From NCBI RefSeq assembly GCF_037042905.1, contig NC_087250.1:6884001-6948000 (forward strand): 64,000 nt of DNA, in the 5' to 3' direction. How positions within the stretch are numbered: the first letter of the stretch is position 1; every line of letters starts with the position of its first letter. Of the stretch, positions 13,385 through 26,074 are shown piece by piece. This DNA comes from Lytechinus pictus. Taxonomy: Eukaryota. A model generated the notes under the pieces. The model was not told the origin of the DNA and searched no databases. It worked only from the letters and a program-made list of their open reading frames with translations. Made by a program: the position numbers and the translations under genes.

Positions 13385-16300
13385 TAGTGGGGTGGCTAAG
13401 GGGTTTTACCGTTACAGAGCGGATAAAAGCACCATTTTTGGCACAGAGCTTCCTTATGGACTAACTTTTGATTTTAGAAGGGGAGCCACCCAAATCGGGT
13501 TCGTCTTCGACCGTTGCCATGGCAACGGATTAATTTCTCAAAAACCACATATATACCCCTGTAAATGGTAAATAAACATGGTATAAATCATTCAATTTAT
13601 CAATTTCAAGCTTCCAATTAATTACAAGTGAAATTTACAAATATTTGAGGTCATCAAAACAGTTCCAATTACCCCGTTGCCATGGCAACCACTCATTATT
13701 CACCTAGAAAAGACCAAATTTTTATAATAAAATTGTAGATTTTGACTTTTCTTTCATTTACTTTCATTTCCCTAACTTATGGTGCTTAACATATTATAGC
13801 AGTGCTCATTTCTATGTATATATATCATCTTAGGCCATTGCCATAGCAACCAAATATCACCTAATTTGCTTTAAAATAACATGATGAAAGAATATGATGA
13901 CGTAAAATGCAAACAAAAATTACCTCATCTACATGCGTAAGGTTTGAAACAGTCATTTAATTTTTGACACATTCTACGTACAGTAAGCATTCCACATGTG
14001 TTCATTAGAATGGCAAAACTTGATGTAACCTTGGTAATGCTAGAGTTCAATATTAAATATTTGTGTCAAATTCCCCGTTGCCATGGTAACAGCTATTTTT
14101 TTCTCCAGAAAGGTAAAAAATTCTTCAAAAACATGCAAAATCTGATCTTTCTCTCATTTCTGCTAATTTTAGAGTACTATAGTACTTAACAGAGGAGTGG
14201 TTGTTTCTTAATATTTAGATATCATCTCAAGCCATTGCCATGGCAACGAAATAACCCCTAATTTGCCTAAAAATATGACACAGTGAGAAAGATGATAGTT
14301 GGGGAAAAAATGGCCTCATCTACATACCTCATTTGACCCCCTCATATAATTTATAATGTAAATAGTACATGGTAGTGTTTTTCATTGATTTTACGAGAAT
14401 GATAATACTGCATGCATGTTGCCTTGGTAACATGCAGTGCTTGTTTCTAAATGTATATATATCATCTGTTAAAGTTAAGTAACAAATACCCTAATAATGT
14501 TTCAAATGTCCCATTGCCATGGCAATGGCTCATTTTTCCCTAGAAAAGTTCAATTTTTGAAGAAAAAAATAAGCATGTAGAATCTGATTTTTTTTTCATT
14601 TCCATTGAATTAAGGGTGGAAACATATATGCTTATTGTTGAATGTAGGAATTGCCATGACAAATAAAAAATAAATGAGCTTCCTCAATTGACTAACTTTT
14701 GATTTAGAAGGGGAGCCACCAAAACTGGAAATGGGGTAGACATGCATGGAGGGGGTGACCCATCCACAGTACGGAAATACATTTCATGCCCATCTGAATA
14801 ACTTCTCTATCCATTTCAGTTACTAAGGCATTTATTATACATAAATTACTGCACATCATTAGACATTAGGACTGCATTACTTATTTTAGGGGAGGGGCCC
14901 TGCCCATGCCCCCTAATCCTTTTTTTTCTATATGCCCATTGGTATTAAAATTTCACCATCAAAATCTATCAAAAATATATCAAAGCCTATCAAAAAGAAA
15001 GTTGAGATAGAATATAGAACTTTGATGAGTTTTCAAACCACATTTATTTGCTGAAGTATATATAAAGAAATGAGGAGTTTTAAGCTTGACCTCTAATCAT
15101 GATGACCTCATTTTGCTACATGATGGAAAGGATAGTGTAGCCTACATCCTCTTCACAGAATACGAGACATGATACTGACTGTGAGCCGCCACTCCCCATC
15201 TACATTGGCATCAATTTGCATGCACAGACTAGAAGCAAGAAGCTTATCCAACAGCTTTACAACATGGGTATCAGCATTTCATATGAGCGTGTTCTGCAAA
15301 TCGAAGACTGGATCGCAACAGCAGCTTCTGAACGCTTTGAAGAAGATGGTGTTGTTGTTCCTGCATCCCTCCGGAAAGGCATTTTTACAGTTGGGGCCTT
15401 AGACAATCTGGACCACAATCCTAGTTCAACCACTGCTGTAACTTCATTTCATGGGACAGGAATAAGCTTGTTCCAGTTGCCATCTGAAGATAAACCTGGG
15501 GAAAGAAGACCACCAATCAAGATACCACCTACTGGAAAAAAAAGATCTCATATTCCAGACAGTTACGCATCTGTTCCAGCAGTGGCTTTGAAGACAAGAC
15601 AAGCTCAGTGAGTGTACCAAAACGCGACATGTATTCCATTGATGCCACGTTAGGTGATGCATTTGAAGAAGAAAATGAATGGATAAAGCATGCAGAGTCT
15701 CTTTTAGAGAAGGATGAAATCGACCATGATGATACCATCACATGGGCTAGTTATCACTCATCAAAGCAGTCACAAAAAGAAAACCTGCCAGCCAGACATG
15801 CAGTTCTCCCTTTGTTTTGTGAGAAGTCTACAACACCAGCTATGATAAAGCATGGAATGGACGTCCAGAAACATGCTATTGAATATCTCAATCCAGGACA
15901 AATTCCTGTGACTACATTTGATCAGCCTCTCTTCGCCTTGGCAAAATGTGTGCAATGGAAATGGCCAGAGACCCATGGTGAAAATAAACATGTGGTTATG
16001 CTTGGTGGGCTGCACACAGAGATGGCTCTTTGGAGCACACTTGGTGATATCCTCGAATGCTCTGGGTGGACAACAGCTTTAGCCGATGCCCAAGTGGCAT
16101 CTCCTGGAGTAGCAGATTCTTGTCTGAAAGCTTCACATCTCATGAAGACAAGATCACATCAATGCACATCAAGTCACTCTCATTGCATTGAATAAGTTGC
16201 AAGAGGAGGCTTTTCAGTTCAGATCAGGCCAAAGTGATGACACTCCATTTGCAGTTTGGAAGGATCAAATGATGAAGCAAAGTCCTACATTCAAGTACTG

Positions 16301-19300
16301 GGAGCAAATAAGGAGATATGAAATTCTCATTCTCATCTTCATCCGGGCACACAGAGAAAGGAACTTCCAAATGTATGTCAGAGTTTTAGAAGAACTCACT
16401 CCACTCTTCTTTGCCTTTGACCATACCAATTACGCCAGATGGACACCAGTACACATACGTGACATGAAATCACTGCCAGATGGAATCAAGGAGGAGTTTG
16501 AGAATGCGGGTAACTGGGTTCTTTCCAAGACATCCAACAAGTTTTCTGCAATTCCATTCGACCAGGCTCATGAGCAGGAGAACAAAACTGTGAAAGGTTC
16601 GGGTGGGGCAGTAGGGATCTTCGAAAACCCTGCAGCCTTGAGGAGATGGATGTTTTCAGGACCAGAGCTAGCAAGGATGATCATGGAGTTTCAAGAAGAT
16701 TACGCACCAGAAGGAGACAATCAACCAAACGGACACAAGCACCATGATCAAAGTCCCTCAGCTAACAAGACATACTCCAAACGTCACCAACTTGACTAAC
16801 ACGGTCCAAAACATGGGAAATCAATTTCTGGATGAATTTGATGACCTCATTACTCTTGACACACGAATATGTGCAGATGACTCAGTTGTGAATACTGTGC
16901 AAAGGTGGGAAGACACTGGAAAGAAACAGTACGAAGAGTTTGTCACGAAAGTGCTTGTTGAGGGGACTCAATCCATCCATGACCCAATCAAGAGGAATTC
17001 ACTAGCACTCTTTAGAAAAGGTCGACAGAAGACAACCCAGAAGAAGGAGAAGAAAATCAAAGTTCTTCAGAACAATGTGTCCCTCTTTGGTCAACTGTAC
17101 ATTTCTATGCAGAGTCGCCAAGGTGACTTAGACGAATTCTTCGCTCATGAAGTGCAGCCATTCCCTCCTTCCCTTTCCGAATTCGGCAAACTCTACCTTC
17201 CTGGTACCAAGTCAGATTTGTTGCAATGTATTGAGCAGCCAGAGCAACAGGATCCACCTTCAAAATTCTGCTGCAAGATATTGGATGGAGCTGTTCTTGC
17301 ACATTCTCTTCCTGTGATGGGTGTCTGTACATTTGACAACTATGCAGAAGATGTCTTCCTGCCATATCTTGAGAAACAGCTAAGAAACACAGAGAGGTTA
17401 GATCTGGTATGGGACTCGTACATTGCAGGCAGTTTGAAAGAGAGTACCCGAGATAAGAGGGGGACTGATGTTCGGAGGAAAGTGTCTGGGCAAAGTAAAT
17501 TACCAAGTAACTGGATGGGGTTTCTACGAGATGAACGAAACAAGCAAGAGCTGTTTGACTTCCTCACAGCAAAGATCGAGGGGTTCAACTGGCCAGCAAA
17601 AGAGTGTCAATGTAACTTCAAAGGAAAATGTATCATCTTCAGGCTCATATAGAATGGATCAATGCAACCATGAAGAGGCAGACACCAGGATAATCGTCCA
17701 CATGGTTCACGCACTTCAACAAGGAGCAGAGAAACTAATGGTGAGAACAGTAGACACTGATGTCATGGTAATAATTATTGGTAAATTCCATGAGCTTCTG
17801 AAAATTCGACCTATAGCAGAAATATGGGTGGCTTTTGGAATGGGAAAGAAGTACAGGTATTACACTATAAATTCCATCTGCCAAAATCTTGGTCCATCAA
17901 AATGCCAAGGACTCCCTGTATTCCATGCTTATTCAGGATGTGACACAACATCGGCATTTCGTGGAAAGGGGAAGAAGTTAGCTTGGCAAGCTTGGCAGAA
18001 CTTTGAAGAGGTAACAGAGGCATTCACCTTCCTAGCCAAACATCCTTTCCAAATGCTGGATCCTCAGTCTGAGACTTTCCAAATGCTGGAGAGACTAACG
18101 GTAGTTATGTATGACAAGTCTAGTCGTCTGAGTCAAGTCAATGATGTGAGGAAACATCTCTTCTGTCACATGAATCGTACGATAGACAAACTGCCTCCTA
18201 CTCAGAATGCACTCCTTCAGCATATTCGGAGAGCTGTATATCAAGCAGGAGTCTGGACAACAAGTACTCAGTCTCAACAAGCGATACCATCTCCAGAAGA
18301 CTATGGGTGGACCATGAATGCAGGGTCTTGGACTCCAGTATGGATGACAATTCCAGAGGTCTCCAAAGCATGCAGGGAACTGATAAAGTGTTCATGCAGA
18401 GGAAACTGCTCTAACTGCACATTTACCCGTGCAAATTTGAATTGCTCTCCCCTCTGCAAATGAAGTTATTTTCAGGAATACCTGAATCAAAATGCCAAGA
18501 GTATTCGGTGAGTGTTTATTTAGTCATCTTAAATCAGTGTCTCAAACTTTAGGCATGTAGATTACAGTGTCGGTAATTTTGTTGCTTTTCCACCATTAAC
18601 TTTTTCACCTTGGTATTTTATTTTAGGGGTAAGGTGTTATTTGGTTGTCACAGCTATGGCTGAAGATGATCGAAATTTACACATGTAGCAACAAGCAACT
18701 CTATTGTTAAGCACCCTAAAATTAGTTGAAATGAAAGAAAATGCAGATTCTACATGTTTTTTAATCGAAATTTGTACTTTTTTGGAAAATTGATCCATTA
18801 CTATGGTAACGAGGCATTTAAAACATAAGTATTTATTATTTAACTATAACGTTGCCAATGCAACATCAAGTTTTATCATTCCAATGAACTCGATGCAGAA
18901 AACTTTCATGTACTGTTATTTGCATAAGATATTATATGAGTGGGTCAAACGAGGTATGTACATGTAGATGAGGCCATTTTTCCCCAACTATCATCTTTCT
19001 CACTGTGTCATATTTTTAGGCAAATTAGGGGTTATTTCGTTGCCATGGCAATGGCTTGAGATGATATCTAAATATTAAGAAACAACCACTCCTCTGTTAA
19101 GTACTATAGTACTCTAAAATTAGCAGAAATGAGAGAAAGATCAGATTTTGCATGTTTTTGAAGAATTTTTTACCTTTCTGGAGAAAAAAATTGCTGTTAC
19201 CATGGCAACGGGGAATTTGACACAAATATTTAATATTGAACTCTAGCATTACCAAGGTTACATCAAGTTTTGCCATTCTAATGAACACATGTGGAATGCT

Positions 19301-19912
19301 TACTGTACGTAGAATGTGTCAAACATTAAATGACTGTTTCAAACCTTACGCATGTAGATGAGGTAATTTTTGTTTGTATTTTACGTCATCATATTCTTTC
19401 ATCATGTTATTTTAAAGCAATTTAGGTGATATTTGGTTGCTATGGCAATGGCCTAAGATGATATATATACATAGAAATGAGCACTGCTATAATATGTTAA
19501 GCACCATAAGTTAGGGTAAGTTAGGGTAAATGAAAGAAAAGTCAAAATCTACAATTTTATTATAAAAATTTGGTCTTTTCTAGGTGAATAATGAGTGGTT
19601 GCCATGGCAACGGGGTAATTGGAACTGTTTTGATGACCTCAAATATTTGTAAATTTCACTTGTAATTAATTGGAAGCTTGAAATTGATAAATTGAATGAT
19701 TTATACCATGTTTATTTACCATTTACAGGGGTATATATGTGGTTTTTGAGAAATTAATCCGTTGCCATGGCAACGGTCGAAGACGAACCCGGTTTGGGTG
19801 GCTCCCCTTCTAAAATCAAAAGTTAGTCCATTAGGAAGCTCTGTGCCAAAAATGGTGCTTTTATCCGCTCTGTAACGGTAATCCAAAAAATTGACCCTTA
19901 GCCACCCTACTA
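13385..19912 (+). mobile_element. AcademX-type DNA transposon, internally deleted and frameshifted
   Basis: Termini tagtggggtggctaag / cttagccaccctacta and 3-bp TSD TAA (13382-84, 19913-15). Near-identical ~950 bp TIRs. Coding remnant has transposase-like, XPG/FEN1-like and Cys-rich regions, the architecture described for AcademX. Confidence 0.85.
15140..18463 (+). pseudogene. Academ transposase-XPG-Cys-finger polyprotein pseudogene (about 4 frameshifts, N-terminus missing)
   Basis: Consecutive ORFs 15216, 15608, 16188, 16744 and 17468 in different frames. Motifs GISISY, ALDNLD, TFDQPL, GGLH, NYARW, DQAHEQ; then ILDG, VWDSY, HEEADTR, DTDV, GCDTTSAF (FEN1/XPG-like); and C-terminal CSCRGNCSNC...CSPLCK. 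Confidence 0.85.
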
Positions 19913-19957
19913 TAAGACGGCTTCAAAAAAATGAAGTTTGAAATGGCTGTTGATATA

Positions 19958-20807
19958 CAGTGCGTCCCAGAAAAAACGAAACCGAGATTAAGCGATGATT
20001 CATCATAACTTAATCACAATGCAATAGACAAATGACCTACCAATGTAAAGCTTGGAGTCTCCTCTTTTATCTGATATTACTTAAATTATTCCTCTTTCGC
20101 GCATGAGTGAGCAAAAAAAAATGAAGAGGGGATACCAAAAAGTTTAAGTTCAATATCTGCTCTTTTATTTGATACTTTAATTAAAAAAAAATGGTCGAGT
20201 AAAACAGTTATGTTCCCTCATTTTGCGGGCTGTATCTGGGTGTCAAAAAGAAAACCACATTTCTAAAAAGTTCAATATCTGTTCTTTAAACTGATACCTC
20301 AATTGACAGAAATGGTCAAGAAATAGGTTCTGGTTATTTGAAATAAGGCTTGAATTTCAATAATTTCATAAAATGAAGAGGTTTTATAGGCTAGCGTTCA
20401 AACTCACTCGACACTCCGTTTTGTTGATGATCAGCCATGCATTAAATATTTTGTTAACCATGCGATAGCATGAAAACACGTTAATTTGGAACATAACTTT
20501 TTTACTCCTTGACCATTTTTTTGTGTGATTAAAGTATCAAATAAAAGAGCAGATGTTGAACTTTTGAAACATGTGGTTTTATTTTTGAAATCCAGATACA
20601 GCCTGTTAAAAAAATGTTTGGCATCCCCTCTTAATTTTTTTTTTGCTCACTCATGCGTGAAAGAGGAATAATTTAAGTAATATCAGATTATAGAGGATAT
20701 TCTAAGCCTTACAATGGTAGGTCATTTATCTATTGTCAGATTGTATTTGTGATTAATTTATGATAAATCACCGATAAATCTAGGTTTCGTTTTTGTGGGA
20801 CGCACTG
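19958..20807. mobile_element. Tc1/mariner-like MITE
   Basis: TIR cagtgcgtccca...aaaaacgaaacc / ggtttcgttttt...tgggacgcactg extending over 200 bp. TA on the left; right flank is tt. Confidence 0.7.
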
Positions 20808-22354
20808 TTTATAAATGGACATAGCTCATTTCATATCCGTCTCGGATATATGATTTTGGTGTTTAGACCATGGTTTCAATAGTCAAATAATACAATATGA
20901 CAAATTAAACGGACAGTCAGTTGTCCAGTTGTTCAAAAAATCCAAGATGGCTTCCAAAAATGGAGTAAAAAATAGCTGTTGCTACATTAAAAAACACGTA
21001 GTTTGATTAATATCCTGGAATATGTTTATGCCATGGTTAAATGGGTCAAACAATACATTAGGACAAATTACAAAGACAGTCAGTGGTCAAATATGTCCAA
21101 AAATCCAAGGTGGCCTCCAAATATGGAATATAAAATGGCCCCTGTTACTAACAAATGGACATATTTCGTGTAATATCTGCCAAGGGTATATCATTTTGAA
21201 TCTAAACCATGGTTTTAAAAGTCATTAAATACATCATGTACATTGGAACAAGTTACATGGACAGTCAGTAATCCAGTGTGTCTAAACATCCAAGATGGCT
21301 TCCAACAATTGCAGTCTAATCGGAGTCTGTTACTTAAAAATTGACATAATTTATTTAAAATCCACCAAGGAAAAACGATGTTGGTGTTCACACTTTGGTT
21401 TCAAATATAAAAAAATTAGTTGAGACTGGTTACAATGATATCCAGTTGTCCATTTTGCCTAAAAATCAAAAAGGGTTTTCAAAATGGCATGTACAATGAC
21501 TTCTATCACTATCACTTTCATTAGGACAAGTAACAATGATGGTTAGTTTTCAGTTTTGTCGAAAATCTAAGGTAGGTTTTAAAATTACATACTAATGGGT
21601 GCTGTTACCAACTCTTATCTGCTTGCATTTTGAATGTAGGCACCAAAATTATCTCTCACAGGTGGATATTATATCCACTTCAAAGTAATGGTCTTCATTT
21701 TCAGAACCCATTTATGGAAGCCATCTTAGATTTTCAGGAAAAATGGACAATTGTAACCAGTCCTAAAGTATAATTTGATCCTTGAAATCCTAGTGTAGAC
21801 ACCAAAATAACATCCCCAGGTTTATTTTTAATGTACTAGGTCCACTTTTAAGTAACATTATAAAAACCCATTTTTCAAGCCATCTTTGAATTTTTCGACA
21901 CAATTGACACCTGACTGTCCTTTCAAATTGACCAAATGTACAGTTTATATTACTTGACCCTTTGAATACTAGTGTAGACACCAATCATATCCCAATAGTA
22001 TATTATCAGTGAACTATATGTCCATATTGAAGTAACAACAGTCAATTTAGACCCCTTTTTGGAAGCCATCTTGGATGTTTTAACATACCAGTCCACTGAC
22101 TGTCCTTGTAACTTGTTCTTATGCATTAAACCATGGTTTTATGATTGTGGTTTATATGAGGCGCCGAATGTACCAATATTATATAGAACAATTATTTGTT
22201 ATATAATCATTATTTATTAAATAATAACTATTATTTATATATAATTTACATTTTATTTGTAAATAACTACTATTATATAAAATATCATTTCTAATTATTT
22301 ATATATAATTCCAAGTAATACTTCATTATTTGTAAATAATAATAGTTCGACATT

Positions 22355-22745
22355 CCATTATTTATAAATAATGATTATTTGTTTTTCATTATTTATAAAT
22401 AATGATTATTTGTTTTTCATTATTTATAAATAATGATTATTTGTTTTTCATTATTTACAAATAATGATTATTTGTTTTTCATTATTTATAAATAATGATT
22501 ATTTGTTTTTCATTATTTATAAATAATGATTATTTGTTTTTCATTATTTACAAATAATGATTATTTGTTTTTCATTATTTATAAATAATGATTATTTGTT
22601 TTTCATTATTTATAAATAATGATAATTGGTTTTTCATTATTTATAAATAATGATTATTTGTTTTTCATTATTTACAAATAATGATTATTTGTTTTTCATT
22701 ATTTATAAATAATGATTATTTGTTTTTCATTATTTATAAATAATT
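22355..22745. repeat. 31-bp AT-rich minisatellite (~12 copies), left arm
   Basis: Unit cattatttataaataatgattatttgttttt, containing the 18-bp palindrome cattatttataaataatg. Confidence 0.9.
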
Positions 22746-25684
22746 TGTTGAGTTTTCCATTATTTATAAATAATGATTATTTGTTAAATAATGAAAACGT
22801 CTACTTCATTATTTATAAATAATTTTTTCGAGTGCACCATTATTCTCATTATTTATAAATAATCATTATTTAATGTTCGAGTTTTCCATTATTTATAAAT
22901 AAAGATTATTTGTTAAATAATGAAATATCTACTTCATTATTTATAAATAATAATTTTGTTTCAATATCCCATTAATCATTATTTATAAACAATTTTTACA
23001 GTTTGCCATTATATACAAATAATCATTATTTATATACAAATAACCATTATTTATTAAATAATGCCATTATTTATTAAATAATGCCATTATTTATTAAATA
23101 ATGGAAAACTCGCTATAACATGCAAATGTGGGACCGCCCATGATATGAATATTCATGATGCGATTTCCTTTTTCGTAATTTTTCTTCACAAATTTTTGTC
23201 CATTTCCTCTTCATAATGACATTTCTTGAAGCAATTTTCTAGGGATATGGTCTGATTGTAATATTCTTCATTTTCTATATAACTTCGTCTTCGTAGAAAT
23301 ATCAAAAAGTGTAATTTTATACGATTTTTCCTACAGTTCACAATCCCCATAGGCGCGCGTGTACGGTAGGGACAACCGGTGAATCGACGGAGTGCTCTTC
23401 ATCGAAATACTACGTTGGTTGGTCCCCGGAAGTGGCGGGCGGAATTTAGCCCGAATCCTCGATGGAAGTCGATCAAGTGCATATGAGCTGAGAGAGTGAA
23501 ATATCAGTGTACTTGTACAGGCCCTTCTACTTTTTATAAATATTTCTTGTTGCTTTTTTTGTTAAGTTAATTTTTCCTGGTGTAGAGATAAGTTTCAGTT
23601 CTAATAATGCACTTCAAATACATTTTGGAGTGTCTGTTTGAGGCGTTTGGGGCGATTTCACCCTGGCCCCAAAATGCTCGCAACGACAATACGGGGGCAT
23701 GATGACCCCTAAATTTTTAAAAACTTATTTTTCTATTGAAAATTATCACAAAATTCACCAAAAGTGTGCACGAAAGCCTTCGTATTTCACTTTTAAAACT
23801 CCAAAAAGTGCCCAAATGACAAGCTTGGTCGCTTCGCTGTGTCGCTTTCAACTTGAGAAAGTTTACGCGTCTGCTTCCCCCCCCCTCCTCCGAAAGAAAT
23901 TATGTATACGGCCATGCTCTAAAGAGCCTGGCACATTGATTTATGTATACTTCATTTTCATTATTTTTATCTCATTATCATCATGGCCTTACGCAGAATT
24001 TTTTCCGGGGGGGGGGGGGTGGGGGGAGCAGGACGCGCGTAAACTTTCTTATAAAAATCTTGAAAAAGCGAAGCGACCAAGCTTGTCATTTGAGCTTGGT
24101 CGCGTCGCTGTCTCGCTTTCAAGATTTTTTTGAGAAACTTTACGCGCGTCCTAGCTGCTCCCCCCCCCCCCCCGGTAAAAATTCTGTGTAAGGCCATGAT
24201 GATAATGTGATAAAAATAATGAAAATGAAAAGTACATATAAATCAATGTGCCATATGCTCTTTTGAGCATGGCCGTTCACAGAATTTCTTTCGGGGGGTG
24301 GGGGCAGACGCGCGTAAACGTTCTCAAGTTGAAAGCGAGACAGCGAAGCGACCAAGCTTGTCATTTGGGCTTGGTCCCGTGGCTGTCTCGCTTTCAAGAT
24401 TTTTTTGAGAAAGTTTACGCGCGTCATGCTCCGGCCCCCCTGGAAAAAATTCTGCGTAAGGCCATGTTGATAATGAGATAAAAATAATGAAAATGAAAGT
24501 ATACATAAATCCATGTGCCGGGCTCTTTAGAGCATGGCCGTATACAGAATTTCTTTCGGAGGAGGGGGGGGGGGATATATCGAAGCAGACGCGTAAACGT
24601 TCTCAAGTTGAATGCGACACAGCGAAGCGACCAAGCTTGTCATTTGGGCACTTTTTGGAGTTTTAAAAGTGAAATACGAAGGCTTTCGTGCACACTTTTG
24701 GTGAATTTTAAAAATTTAGGGGTCATCATGCCCCGCGTATTGTCGTTGCGAGCATTTTGGGGCCAGGGTGAAATCGCCCCAAACGCCTCAAACAGACACT
24801 CCAAAATGTATTTGAAGTGCATTATTAGAATTGAAACTTATCTCTACACCAGGAAAAATTAACTTAACAAAAAAAGCAACAAGAAATATTTATAAAAAGT
24901 AGAAGGGCCTGTACAAGTACACTGATATTTCACTCTCTCAGCTCATATGCACTTGATCGACTTCCATCGAGGATTCGGGCTAAATTCCGCCCGCCACTTC
25001 CGGGGACCAACCAACGTAGTATTTCGATGAAGAGCACTCCGTCGATTCACCGGTTGTCCCTACCGTACACGCGCGCCTATGGGGATTGTGAACTGTAGGA
25101 AAAATCGTATAAAATTACACTTTTTGATATTTCTACGAAGACGAAGTTATATAGAAAATGAAGAATATTACAATCAGACCATATCCCTAGAAAATTGCTT
25201 CAAGAAATGTCATTATGAAGAGGAAATGGACAAAAATTTGTGAAGAAAAATTACGAAAAAGGAAATCGCATCATGAATATTCATATCATGGGCGGTCCCA
25301 CATTTGCATGTTATAGCGAGTTTTCCATTATTTAATAAATAATGGCATTATTTAATAAATAATGGCATTATTTAATAAATAATGGTTATTTGTATATAAA
25401 TAATGATTATTTGTATATAATGGCAAACTGTAAAAATTGTTTATAAATAATGATTAATGGGATATTGAAACAAAATTATTATTTATAAATAATGAAGTAG
25501 ATATTTCATTATTTAACAAATAATCTTTATTTATAAATAATGGAAAACTCGAACATTAAATAATGATTATTTATAAATAATGAGAATAATGGTGCACTCG
25601 AAAAAATTATTTATAAATAATGAAGTAGACGTTTTCATTATTTAACAAATAATCATTATTTATAAATAATGGAAAACTCAACAA

Positions 25685-26074
25685 ATTATTTATAAATAAT
25701 GAAAAACAAATAATCATTATTTATAAATAATGAAAAACAAATAATCATTATTTGTAAATAATGAAAAACAAATAATCATTATTTATAAATAATGAAAAAC
25801 CAATTATCATTATTTATAAATAATGAAAAACAAATAATCATTATTTATAAATAATGAAAAACAAATAATCATTATTTGTAAATAATGAAAAACAAATAAT
25901 CATTATTTATAAATAATGAAAAACAAATAATCATTATTTATAAATAATGAAAAACAAATAATCATTATTTGTAAATAATGAAAAACAAATAATCATTATT
26001 TATAAATAATGAAAAACAAATAATCATTATTTATAAATAATGAAAAACAAATAATCATTATTTATAAATAATGG
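25685..26074. repeat. 31-bp minisatellite, right arm (reverse complement)
   Basis: Mirror image of 22355-22745, including the variant units. Confidence 0.9.

Noticed and set aside
15140..18463. Host XPG/FEN1 or tesmin gene
   Set aside because: Intronless, frameshifted, and enclosed by TIRs and a TSD; better explained as a transposon ORF.
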